From positions 1 to 64,000 of IMG/VR virus record IMGVR_UViG_3300047510_002037: a DNA stretch of 64,000 nucleotides; one strand, 5' to 3'. Position 1 is the first letter of the stretch. The number at the start of each line of letters is the position of its first letter. The notes below the pieces were generated by a model. The model was not told the origin of the DNA, searched no databases, and saw only the letters and a program-made list of their open reading frames with translations. Below are positions 1-8,795 of the stretch, in pieces. A program made the position numbers and the translations under genes. The stretch comes from a virus.

Positions 1-449
1 TCTTTATTATAATCATAATTTTGTTCACCAAAATACATTTCATCCTTATAGCTCATCATAGTTTTCTTATGAACTTTCTCTAATGATGAAATTATTCCTC
101 TTAAATCTCGAATAGTATAGATAATCTTTATGTCTGGGAATAGATTAAATAGAAAATCTAATTCATGAGACCAGCTTCTGCATTTATCAATGTAAATATC
201 CGTATCGCAAATAGTATCAATCCAAGAATTAACACCCGATCTACAAAAATTTTTAATTAAATCATAAGAAGTTTCAGCGTCATATTGAGATTCACGAACA
301 GCATCAGTGAATTGATTTTGTGCTGATTGAACTATCGATCCCAATATGGAATCTGGAGATATAGTAACATGTGGATTTTGATTTAATACATTCACTAATA
401 AAGTGGACCCCGTTCTAGGAAGTCCACACATACAAACAAATTTTCTCAT
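1..449 (-). CDS. Sulfotransferase family protein (partial, runs off window start; not in ORF track)
   Basis: ATG at 449 overlaps the gp46 stop (ATGA). Manual translation MRKFVCMCGLPRTGSTLLVNVLNQNP...KIIYTIRDLRGIISS shows the PAPS-binding GxPRxGST and RDxRxxxxS motifs. Confidence 0.8.
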   Translation of the reverse strand, partial: MRKFVCMCGLPRTGSTLLVNVLNQNPHVTISPDSILGSIVQSAQNQFTDAVRESQYDAETSYDLIKNFCRSGVNSWIDTICDTDIYIDKCRSWSHELDFLFNLFPDIKIIYTIRDLRGIISSLEKVHKKTMMSYKDEMYFGEQNYDYNK

Positions 450-2158
450 GATTTTTTATATGAAAAGTTCTTGATTTTTTCAAACTTTATTGTTGAGTTG
501 AATTTATCATGTAGAGATTCTTTATGAGATATAATAAAAACGTTAGCGTCTTTAATTACATATCTGATTATTTTTAAGAAGTCTTCTGTCCCAAATCCAT
601 CTAGAGATGAATCAAATACTTCATCTAAGATTAATAGGTTTGTATTTGTAGAATTTTTAAACTTAGCAACTTCTCTCCACGTAAATAAAAGTGCTAAGTC
701 AATTCTTTGCTTTTCACCTTCACTAAACGAAGAGTACGAAAAATCTTCATGAATTGGTGATTGGACGGTTTCGTTAAATTCTTCATCAAGAGTAAAATTA
801 ATATAAAAATCCATCATCTGAAGATAACGGTTAACTTGCTGATTTATCAGCGGCAAATACTTCTTAATGATTTTGGATTTAACTCCACCGTCTTTGAGTA
901 AACTATACGAAAAATCGCAATAGTTTATTGTATCTTTTTTAGAAGCGAGCTCGTCGTATGTAGTTCTTAAATTGTCTTTGAAGGATTCTAACTTCTCATG
1001 TTCAGAATTTCTGTTTGCAAGGTTCTCGGTAATTGTTTGAATTTCAGATTCAAGATTTCGGATTTGTCTCCGTAATCCATTAATCTTAATATTGTTTTGA
1101 GAAATACCATTCGTTAGTTTTGAAATCTCCTTCGTTAGAGTATTAAATTGACGCTCTCGCTCCTCTTCCTCTTTAATTGCCTCCTCCAGTTCTTTATAAC
1201 CAGATTGCAACTCTTTTGCTTTATCTTGAGCGTCCTTAATTCTATTTATTCTGAAGGTCTCCTCGATTGACTGAGTACATGTAGGGCATACCGTATTCTC
1301 AGTAAAAAACTTATGCTCTTGTGTAATAGTAGATACTTTTTGAGATATTTTACCTTTAAGGTTTCCTAACTTGCGAAGTTTCTCCGCGTATCCAGTAATA
1401 GCATCTTGCTCTCGAATGAGTTCTCTAAGTGGATCTTCTACAGATTCATTATCAGACATTAAATATCCAATCTCTTCCGTAAGAGACATAATGGAAATAT
1501 TTTTTTCTTCTATATTTTTCTTACCTAAGTTTTCAATTTCTTCGATAAAGTTTTTTTGCATTTCAACTTTATCTTTGATCGTCTCTTTCTTTAATTCAAG
1601 TGTTTTAATTTCTTCTTTAAGAGTGCGAATTTTTTCCTTAATGATAATGTTCATTGAAGAAAAAATTTTAATATCCAATAAATCTTCAATAACTTCCCTG
1701 CGACTTGGAGTTGGAAGTTGCATAAATGGAACAAAATTACTACTACCCAAAATTACAATCTGAGTAAAGGATTTGTAATTCATTTTCAAAATGGATTGTT
1801 CCAGATACTTCTGTTGATCTACTGCAGAAGAGTTTTGATCCAGTTTTGATCCGTTTCTATAGATCTCAAATACATTTGGTTTTATTCCTCTAACAACTTT
1901 CCAAGAAATAGATCCAATAGAGAATTCAATTTCAACTAGACAGTCTCTTTCATTAGTAGAATTTACCAGCTGAGGTTTATTAATCTTCCTAAAAGATTTT
2001 CCAAATAAACCAAAAGTAAGAGCATCAAGAATTGTACTCTTACCAGCACCATTAGATCCTATGATTAGTGTAGTATTATTTTCATTTAATGTTATTTCAG
2101 TAAATTGATTTCCCGTAGAAAGAAAATTTTTCCAACGAATTTTTTCAAATAGAATCAT
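446..2158 (-). CDS. gp46: Recombination endonuclease subunit, SbcC/Rad50-like ATPase
   Basis: Walker A GSNGAGKS, coiled coil with CPTC zinc hook, FSEGEK signature, LILDE Walker B; follows gp47. Confidence 0.95.
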   Translation of the reverse strand: MILFEKIRWKNFLSTGNQFTEITLNENNTTLIIGSNGAGKSTILDALTFGLFGKSFRKINKPQLVNSTNERDCLVEIEFSIGSISWKVVRGIKPNVFEIYRNGSKLDQNSSAVDQQKYLEQSILKMNYKSFTQIVILGSSNFVPFMQLPTPSRREVIEDLLDIKIFSSMNIIIKEKIRTLKEEIKTLELKKETIKDKVEMQKNFIEEIENLGKKNIEEKNISIMSLTEEIGYLMSDNESVEDPLRELIREQDAITGYAEKLRKLGNLKGKISQKVSTITQEHKFFTENTVCPTCTQSIEETFRINRIKDAQDKAKELQSGYKELEEAIKEEEERERQFNTLTKEISKLTNGISQNNIKINGLRRQIRNLESEIQTITENLANRNSEHEKLESFKDNLRTTYDELASKKDTINYCDFSYSLLKDGGVKSKIIKKYLPLINQQVNRYLQMMDFYINFTLDEEFNETVQSPIHEDFSYSSFSEGEKQRIDLALLFTWREVAKFKNSTNTNLLILDEVFDSSLDGFGTEDFLKIIRYVIKDANVFIISHKESLHDKFNSTIKFEKIKNFSYKKS

Positions 2159-2423
2159 TGCTTTTAGTCAATTTTGGTGGAATTACAAGATCATTTTTTG
2201 TTATTATAGCATACTCATATCCATGAATATCGCAGGTTTTTATTAAGACTTCATCATCTACTTCTATAACGTTCATTAGGGGATAATCCTCCTCCTCCAA
2301 CATTATAGAAAATCTCAACGCATCATCTTCTTCTTCAAAAATATAGAGTACACTATTTCCTTCTTCATTAACTACAGAATATGCACCTTCATCTTCTTTA
2401 CCATAAATTGTAAGTATAAACAT
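2145..2423 (-). CDS. Small acidic hypothetical protein between gp47 and gp46
   Basis: 92-aa ORF tightly coupled to both neighbours; position typical of cyanomyophages. Confidence 0.75.
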   Translation of the reverse strand: MFILTIYGKEDEGAYSVVNEEGNSVLYIFEEEDDALRFSIMLEEEDYPLMNVIEVDDEVLIKTCDIHGYEYAIITKNDLVIPPKLTKSNDSI

Positions 2424-2424
2424 A

Positions 2425-3465
2425 CTACACTAATTCGCAAGCTTCTTTATATACCTCCGAAATCATTTCTTGAATTTTTGCTTTATCAAGATTTATTTCA
2501 GACTCTAATATATATCTATTCAGTATGGATAGCGTGTCTTCCGATTCGAAGGCTTCAAATTCTTCATTTGCTTCGATCTGAAAGTTTTCTACTACCTTGA
2601 GTTCCGCAACATTTGAAGAATATAATTTATCAATAAACTTTTCAAACTTTTTAATATCCGTTTTCTTACGAACTATTACCCTAACAATCTTGTTCTCATA
2701 TTCACGAGAATCAAACGTTTGATAAGGAGTGTCTTCATAATAGATATTATAAAATAACCTATGAGGATTATTAATTGGTTCGTGATTTACAGAATCAGTA
2801 TCGAAGATATGAAACCCTCTAGTATCTCCAACATCTGTCCAGAACATTTCATATGGATTTCCTAGATAGAAGACCGTCCCGTTATCCGATCTAGTGTGAT
2901 AGTGTCCCGAGTAGACACGCTCGAACTTACCAAATAGTTTGCTTTCCAAACCATGCTCCATGAGGATTTGTCGATTAACTCTAAATCCCTGGAGTTCAAG
3001 GTGCCCCATCGCACACTTGCAAGTTGTATTTTTAATAAGTTTAAGAGTGCGTTCTTCATTTTCTTGATTAATCCAGGGTATAAAAAGTACGGGTAATTGA
3101 CCCAACATCACTTCAGTTGGATCTGAATAAACAGTTACGTTATCGTATTCGCGCAATAACAAATCAACTGCATTTACATCATTTGTATTTTTATAATATG
3201 CAGTATGATTACCAACAATTGTATGAACTTTTACTCCCATCTCTTGAAGACGGTCATAGTAATTATTCTTTGCCCACGATAAAGCAGAGAAATCAATTCC
3301 TTTACGACTATCAAAAGTATCTCCCATATCAACAACAGTAGTAATCCCTTGCTCTTCGAGTGTAGGGAAAAATACATCATTGTAAAACTTTAGGAAATAA
3401 TCGTGAAAGAGTTTTGAATTCTTTCTTGCTCCAAAGTGTTGGTCAGTAATAATTGCTACTTTCAT
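2425..3465 (-). CDS. gp47: Recombination endonuclease subunit, SbcD/Mre11-like nuclease
   Basis: Metallophosphoesterase motifs TDQHFG, GDTFD, GNH, SGHYH. Confidence 0.95.
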   Translation of the reverse strand: MKVAIITDQHFGARKNSKLFHDYFLKFYNDVFFPTLEEQGITTVVDMGDTFDSRKGIDFSALSWAKNNYYDRLQEMGVKVHTIVGNHTAYYKNTNDVNAVDLLLREYDNVTVYSDPTEVMLGQLPVLFIPWINQENEERTLKLIKNTTCKCAMGHLELQGFRVNRQILMEHGLESKLFGKFERVYSGHYHTRSDNGTVFYLGNPYEMFWTDVGDTRGFHIFDTDSVNHEPINNPHRLFYNIYYEDTPYQTFDSREYENKIVRVIVRKKTDIKKFEKFIDKLYSSNVAELKVVENFQIEANEEFEAFESEDTLSILNRYILESEINLDKAKIQEMISEVYKEACELV

Positions 3466-3960
3466 TCAATAACGAAGTTTTGAGTGTACAGCGTCTTTAA
3501 TGGAATTATAGTCGCTATAATTACTTCCGTCAAGTGAGTTGTCATCAAAAACTTGATCAAATCCTGTTCTTTCTAAGATTTTATTTTTGATCTCTAACTG
3601 CTTTTTCTCTTTCTGAATACGACGAAGGAAAGCATAGTGAATAATTTGAGTAAAGTAAGCAAAGGGATTTTGTGACTTCTCTGGATTGAAGTTATGAATA
3701 TATTGAACGCAGTTCTCAATTCCATCGGAAATCATGTCTTCCTTGAACATATAGTTCACAAAGTTTGGTTTGAAGGAAAGGTGATTAGCAATCTTCAGGA
3801 AACACTCTCCAATGTAGCGAGGAATAGGAGGTTTTGGTTTATCCTGGGCAAGTGCTAGATCGACACTCTCTCTATAGGAAATTAAAGCAGCTAGAAATTC
3901 CTTGTTGTTGACGTAATGTTCAGACCTCTTTCTTTTGGTCATATTTGTAGTGATAATCAT
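3466..3960 (-). CDS. gp55: Late-transcription sigma factor
   Basis: HYVNNKEF, YIGECFLKIA, NPFAYFTQIIHYAFLRRIQKEKKQ motifs; synteny. Confidence 0.95.
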   Translation of the reverse strand: MIITTNMTKRKRSEHYVNNKEFLAALISYRESVDLALAQDKPKPPIPRYIGECFLKIANHLSFKPNFVNYMFKEDMISDGIENCVQYIHNFNPEKSQNPFAYFTQIIHYAFLRRIQKEKKQLEIKNKILERTGFDQVFDDNSLDGSNYSDYNSIKDAVHSKLRY

Positions 3961-3984
3961 TTTGTATCTACCTTATATGTAGAT

Positions 3985-4013
3985 ATTATAACATTTCTCC
4001 TCAGAGTTGACAA
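3985..4013 (-). promoter_or_regulatory. sigma70-type promoter for gp55 (TTGTCA-17-TATAAT)
   Basis: Minus-strand -35 at 4013-4008 and -10 at 3990-3985, 17-nt spacer. Confidence 0.7.
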
Positions 4014-4035
4014 CTTTAAAAATAATAACTATAAT
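4007..4035 (+). promoter_or_regulatory. Perfect sigma70 consensus promoter on the antisense strand (TTGACA-17-TATAAT)
   Basis: TTGACA 4007-4012 and TATAAT 4030-4035; no plus-strand ORF follows. Confidence 0.6.
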
Positions 4036-4067
4036 ACCTTTGTTGGGTTTGAAGAAAAATAATAGCT

Positions 4068-4457
4068 TTAATTATTCTTAAATATCTTTTCTAATATTTC
4101 TTTAGCATCAGATATATTAGCTACGTATCCCATTTCTTTAGATATTTTATTCTTTCTGCTAGAAAATTTATCGTTATCTCTTACATAAGACTGATAGATT
4201 GATATTATTTGAATGTCTGATGATTCTGAGATTGTAATAACGTCAGACATTTTTATGATAAACATATCATCGGATGCTGTTTTTAGCCACGGTTCTACTT
4301 TATAACCAGATAACGAGCTTCTTATTACAATAGGAGATAATACTACTGGGTTTGTAATAAGAAGAAACGTTTCGTGATTTTCTTCCGAAACAGAAACTTT
4401 TGCAAATATTTCTTCTCCGGTTTTTAATTTAATAGTAGCATAAAAATCTTCTTCCAT
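4068..4457 (-). CDS. Conserved cyanophage protein downstream of uvsW (Sm-like fold suspected)
   Basis: ATIKLKTGEEIFAKV N-terminus; coupled to the uvsW stop. Confidence 0.75.
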   Translation of the reverse strand: MEEDFYATIKLKTGEEIFAKVSVSEENHETFLLITNPVVLSPIVIRSSLSGYKVEPWLKTASDDMFIIKMSDVITISESSDIQIISIYQSYVRDNDKFSSRKNKISKEMGYVANISDAKEILEKIFKNN

Positions 4458-5929
4458 TAGTTTTTAAAATTTAAAGTGATTATTTCATAATTAAATTTTT
4501 CTTCGTTATAAATTTTAATTCTTTCTATTAGATGATTTAACGTATAATTTTTTCTAGAGTTCACTGTGCAATCGTCAGATATATCATAAAGCATTGCCTT
4601 TGTTTTATTTTTTCCTTTTCTAAGGACTCTTCCTATTGATTGTAGATTTCTTATTCTGGATTTGCTGGGAGAAGCAAAGATAACATTATGCAAATTTCGA
4701 ATGTTAATTCCGGTAGAAAACGTTCCGTAAGATGCAACAATAATTGCGTTATTCTCTCTTTCAGTAATTTCTCTAACCAATTCTCTCTCTTCAGCATCAA
4801 CTCCACCATGTACAAAAAATACCTTACGGTCATCTTTCTTATTCTTATTTATCAAATTAAATAATGGTTCTCCATGAGTAGAAACTCTACTATACAAAAC
4901 TAATGTATTTCCCTTTAAATCTAAAGTTAAATTTTTAATAAAATTGTTTCTTTTATCATGAGAGATTAAATATTGAATCTCATCTTCATAAGTTTCAAAC
5001 TTTTGCGGATTATGCTTTAGAACCAAACATTGAATATCTAATTTAGATAGATGTCCCTGCTCCATCAATTCTGCGGTTCTAGTTACTTTATATGATGGTC
5101 CAAATAAACCCTCAAGAACCCATTTATGAGTTTGTGTTCCATCCAATGTTCCAGTAAATCCAAATCTATATTTTGCATGATGAGATTTGCTCATTATTGA
5201 TATAAGAGATTTGCTCTTGAACAAATGAGCTTCATCGCCTATAATTACATTGTATTTTTCGAAGAATGATCTTTCTAATTTGTAGATAGATTGCCAAGTA
5301 GAAACTGTAACAGGAAGATCACTATACTTCTCTCTACCCGAATATATTTGATGACAATATGAATCTGCGTCCCACCCGTAATCACGAAAATCCCCGACTA
5401 TCTGAGATACAAGAGATGTCGTTGGAACAACTAAAAGAATTTTTTGACCTTTATCCACATAATACCGCACGAGGGCGTAGATCATCAGACTTTTTCCTGA
5501 CGCAGTTGGACTTATCAATAACTTTCGATTGTGCCGTAAAGCATCATATACTCCCTCTATTTGATACTGTCTTGGGGAATGAGAACAAATAGAATTCATA
5601 TAGTCCTTCACTCCTTCAAATGAAATAGTTTCATTTACTTCATATGGAAGACCATAGAACTTATTATCTTTAAATTGATACTTATACCCGTAATTATCAC
5701 AAAAACTTATAACTTTATCTAATAAACCAACGTAAATTTGTTTTGATCTCATATCGAATAAATGGATCTCTCCATTCCAATTTCTTCCTCTATATTGAGG
5801 CATGAATTTTGCATTGGGTACTTCAAACTTAAAATAGTCTCTTAGTTCATATTCGATATGAGGTTCAGTTGTAATTTTTAGGAAAACCTCATTGGACTTT
5901 TCTATAATCAGATTTGCACTATCAACCAT
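4457..5929 (-). CDS. uvsW: SF2 DNA helicase
   Basis: PTASGKS, DEAH, GFTGT and QSIGRVLR motifs; follows uvsY. Confidence 0.95.
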   Translation of the reverse strand: MVDSANLIIEKSNEVFLKITTEPHIEYELRDYFKFEVPNAKFMPQYRGRNWNGEIHLFDMRSKQIYVGLLDKVISFCDNYGYKYQFKDNKFYGLPYEVNETISFEGVKDYMNSICSHSPRQYQIEGVYDALRHNRKLLISPTASGKSLMIYALVRYYVDKGQKILLVVPTTSLVSQIVGDFRDYGWDADSYCHQIYSGREKYSDLPVTVSTWQSIYKLERSFFEKYNVIIGDEAHLFKSKSLISIMSKSHHAKYRFGFTGTLDGTQTHKWVLEGLFGPSYKVTRTAELMEQGHLSKLDIQCLVLKHNPQKFETYEDEIQYLISHDKRNNFIKNLTLDLKGNTLVLYSRVSTHGEPLFNLINKNKKDDRKVFFVHGGVDAEERELVREITERENNAIIVASYGTFSTGINIRNLHNVIFASPSKSRIRNLQSIGRVLRKGKNKTKAMLYDISDDCTVNSRKNYTLNHLIERIKIYNEEKFNYEIITLNFKN

Positions 5930-6359
5930 ACCCAGCCTGAAACTTAATTACTTCGATTGCATTCTTAATTTGATACGTTCTGTTTTGTATCATTTTTAAA
6001 ATACTCTCAATATAATTTAGCATAGTTTCATAGTAGTCTATTTTCAAACAAATATTTGAAAGTGATTTGTCTGCATCCAGATACTTTTGTAGTGTTTCTT
6101 TATCTCTGATTTTCTTTGGGAATGGATTTTCTAGGTAAACGTCTGGATCTGCTTTACCTGTGTAATATTCATACCTTTCGTGTCGTATATTTCTTCTTTG
6201 CTGTTCTGCCTTCTTTTTTAGTAGAATAATATTATTATAAAGATCGAAATATTTTGCATGTAAAATTGGAATATTTAAGGATTCTGTATGTAGATTATCT
6301 GGATCAATTTTGGAATCTCTTTCCCACATGGTTTGGATCGATTCAAGATCAAATGTCAT
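5922..6359 (-). CDS. uvsY: Recombination mediator protein
   Basis: KYLDAD and NRTYQIKNAIE...FQAG C-terminus; gp3-uvsY-uvsW synteny. Confidence 0.9.
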   Translation of the reverse strand: MTFDLESIQTMWERDSKIDPDNLHTESLNIPILHAKYFDLYNNIILLKKKAEQQRRNIRHERYEYYTGKADPDVYLENPFPKKIRDKETLQKYLDADKSLSNICLKIDYYETMLNYIESILKMIQNRTYQIKNAIEVIKFQAGYG

Positions 6360-6925
6360 AGTCTCTTATCTTTTGCATCAAATAGGTTATATAAAGTATA
6401 CTTGAATGTTACTTCCGCTGTAAAGTATTCTACCCCAGTGTCTGTTGCATCAAATTCTAGTGCTGATAAATTTACTGGGAATAAATCATTAAACTGCACT
6501 TTAAATTGAGTTTTATATGAACTATTGAATACTAATAATGTACCATCCGAATATATATTCATTAATTTTGAATCTCTAGTATCGACATACTTATATTCTC
6601 TTTGCAAATCTCTGATCTCTTTTAGACTTTCTGGAAATCCCAAACCACGCATCCAATTTTGTATTTCCATATAATTCTCTAGATTTTCATCTACCAAAAA
6701 TCTTAGAGAAAAATCATCAAAAGATAACTTATCTCCAGGAATATCAATATCTTTTAAGTATGATGGTTGATTAGCAACTCCTAAAGAAATTCCAGGAATA
6801 TTTGATGTGTTACTGAAAAAAGCAACTTTTGGTGCTCTAGTCAGAGTAAATTTAAATCCTGTTGGAGCTAAAAAGTTTCTATTTTTTATTTGAGAATCTA
6901 AAAATCCTTTAGATATACCAGCCAT
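6356..6925 (-). CDS. gp3: Tail completion / tail tube terminator protein
   Basis: NRNFLAPTGFKF, PGDKL.F, FLVDENLENY motifs; position after gp23. Confidence 0.85.
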   Translation of the reverse strand: MAGISKGFLDSQIKNRNFLAPTGFKFTLTRAPKVAFFSNTSNIPGISLGVANQPSYLKDIDIPGDKLSFDDFSLRFLVDENLENYMEIQNWMRGLGFPESLKEIRDLQREYKYVDTRDSKLMNIYSDGTLLVFNSSYKTQFKVQFNDLFPVNLSALEFDATDTGVEYFTAEVTFKYTLYNLFDAKDKRL

Positions 6926-6941
6926 TTTTTCCTTTTCTAAG

Positions 6942-6947
6942 TATTTA
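6942..6947 (-). promoter_or_regulatory. T4-type late promoter core (TAAATA) for gp3
   Basis: CTAAATAC just downstream of the terminator and upstream of the gp3 ATG. Confidence 0.55.
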
Positions 6948-6950
6948 GAT

Positions 6951-6977
6951 AAAAAAAGAGGGCCCGAAGACCCTCTT
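6951..6977 (-). terminator. Rho-independent terminator with UUCG loop (copy 2)
   Basis: Minus strand AAGAGGGTC-TTCG-GGCCCTCTT followed by a T-run. Confidence 0.85.
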
Positions 6978-6979
6978 GT

Positions 6980-7249
6980 TTATTTTACTCGCTCACAGTA
7001 ATAACCATACTGTTTAGTTTCTTCACAAAATACCCGTTCAGATTTCCACTTAATTCCTTTTTGAGAAAGACCTTTTGGAAATCCTGGACGACCTTTATCA
7101 TTATCAAGATCTTCTTTTGATACTGCTTTAAAAAACCAACCACCAACTGGAGTACTATACCAGGGATAGTTTGCAGATTTACCTTTTCTGTTTGAAAGAG
7201 ATTTGAATTTATAATTATGTACTGGACCGCCAGTAATTATAGAAGACAT
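6980..7249 (-). CDS. Small basic hypothetical protein (moron-like cassette)
   Basis: 89-aa ORF with its own sigma70 promoter and terminator; YPW..TPVGGWFF motif. Confidence 0.75.
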   Translation of the reverse strand: MSSIITGGPVHNYKFKSLSNRKGKSANYPWYSTPVGGWFFKAVSKEDLDNDKGRPGFPKGLSQKGIKWKSERVFCEETKQYGYYCERVK

Positions 7250-7274
7250 ACTTTTAAACTGTGACTATGATCAG

Positions 7275-7303
7275 ATTATAAGATAAGATGTTTGTTTAGT
7301 CAA
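7275..7303 (-). promoter_or_regulatory. sigma70-type early promoter (TTGACT-17-TATAAT)
   Basis: -35 at 7303-7298 and -10 at 7280-7275, 17-nt spacer, ~25 nt upstream of ATG 7249. Confidence 0.8.
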
Positions 7304-7309
7304 CCCAAT

Positions 7310-7334
7310 AAAAAAGAGGGTCCGAAGACCCTCT
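7310..7334 (-). terminator. gp23 rho-independent terminator with UUCG loop (copy 1)
   Basis: Minus strand AGAGGGTC-TTCG-GACCCTCT-TTTTT directly after gp23. Confidence 0.9.
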
Positions 7335-7357
7335 GAACAGACCTTATGGATCTTAGA

Positions 7358-8743
7358 TCACATGAGGTTCTTAACTGCAACTCTTCTATAGTAACGGTTG
7401 CTGTTGGTGGTGAGAGCACCTTCGCCAACATCTGTACCCTGTGCGAATGGGTTAGCAACGATACCATAGCGAGTCTTAAAGCCGATCTTAGGCTGGAAGG
7501 TGTTCTCGCCAACTGCACGTACCATCTGGAGAGGAACGTAAGGGCAATAGAACAGACCTGCATCATAAGGGGAAGAACCCTTATAACCTACAACGTAGTA
7601 CTGGTTAGCAGCGTTGTTTGCAGCATATGGATCGATATAAACTCTCCACTTACCCATTAGAACACCAGCGAAGGTGTTACCAGTGTCGTCAACGTTGAGG
7701 TTTGCATTTAGAGCTGGGGTGTAATCAAGTACACCAGCCATGCTTAGTGCGGAAGCAACGTCTGCGGAACACATGATAACGTTGCCCTTTCCTCTACGAG
7801 TTCTTTGTGCGATCTGGTTAGCATCGCGCTCGATTTGGAAGAGTAGACCTTTGAACTTCTCAACTGACCAACGACCGTTGGAGTCGATATCTAGGTCAAA
7901 TACACCTGGAGTTGCTGTGTTTAGAGTAGCACCCTGCTCAGCAGTCTTGTAGATGGTTCTGATAACTTCGCGGTTGATCTCAGCAAGAATCTCTGTTGAG
8001 AGAATATTTGCGAGTTCTGCTTCAGCATTCAGACCATGGATTGCCTTGAGGTCTTGTGCTAGCTCTAGTGAGTACTCAGCCTTGAGTGCTCTGGACTTAG
8101 CAGTTACGGTGACTTTCTCGATTGAGAATGCCATCTCGTTGAACTGATCAGATACGCCAAGATTCTCAGCGTAATCTGTACGCATACCCTGACCAACATT
8201 GTAGTCGGTTTGAGTTGCTGTTGAAGTTGGGTTTAGAACAGCTGGGTTTGAACCTGCCTGAGCAGTAGTACCCATACCAACACCACCATTGGTCCAACCA
8301 TTGGTGTTGTCGTATCCTGTATCTTGACCAGAGAATGCAGTATCTGCTTCATTGAAGAATGCTTCAGTACCACTCTGGTTAACATACTTGGAGCGCATTG
8401 CGAAGATGAGTCCAGTAGGACCACTCATTGGCTGAACGCCTGCGAGATCGTATGCAACGAGGTTAGGCATTGCACGACGAATTAGGGAGATCAGAACAGG
8501 GTCGAAACCTGCAACTGTCTGACCGCCAGCTGAAGTGTAACCACCATTACCAACAGCGTTGGTTGGTGCTTCAGAAAGGAATGAACCAGACTGCTCGAAT
8601 GCAGACTGCTCTCTTAGAAATCTTTCTTGGTTTTCTAGCAGGGTTGCGGTTACCGCTCTACGATGGGAATCCTTGATTTGATCAAGACCCTCATAGTTGA
8701 GGATAGGTGCCCACTTTTCCTGCAGATGCTCGTTATTGAACAT
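7358..8743 (-). CDS. gp23: Major capsid protein
   Basis: KWAPIL, GVQPMSGPTGLIFAMR, SRALKAEYSLELAQDLKAIHG, FQPKIGFKTRYG. Confidence 0.98.
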   Translation of the reverse strand: MFNNEHLQEKWAPILNYEGLDQIKDSHRRAVTATLLENQERFLREQSAFEQSGSFLSEAPTNAVGNGGYTSAGGQTVAGFDPVLISLIRRAMPNLVAYDLAGVQPMSGPTGLIFAMRSKYVNQSGTEAFFNEADTAFSGQDTGYDNTNGWTNGGVGMGTTAQAGSNPAVLNPTSTATQTDYNVGQGMRTDYAENLGVSDQFNEMAFSIEKVTVTAKSRALKAEYSLELAQDLKAIHGLNAEAELANILSTEILAEINREVIRTIYKTAEQGATLNTATPGVFDLDIDSNGRWSVEKFKGLLFQIERDANQIAQRTRRGKGNVIMCSADVASALSMAGVLDYTPALNANLNVDDTGNTFAGVLMGKWRVYIDPYAANNAANQYYVVGYKGSSPYDAGLFYCPYVPLQMVRAVGENTFQPKIGFKTRYGIVANPFAQGTDVGEGALTTNSNRYYRRVAVKNLM

Positions 8744-8795
8744 TTGCGTTTACCTCTTAAAAAGTGTGTTTGTTTACGTTTGATTAATATTAAAT

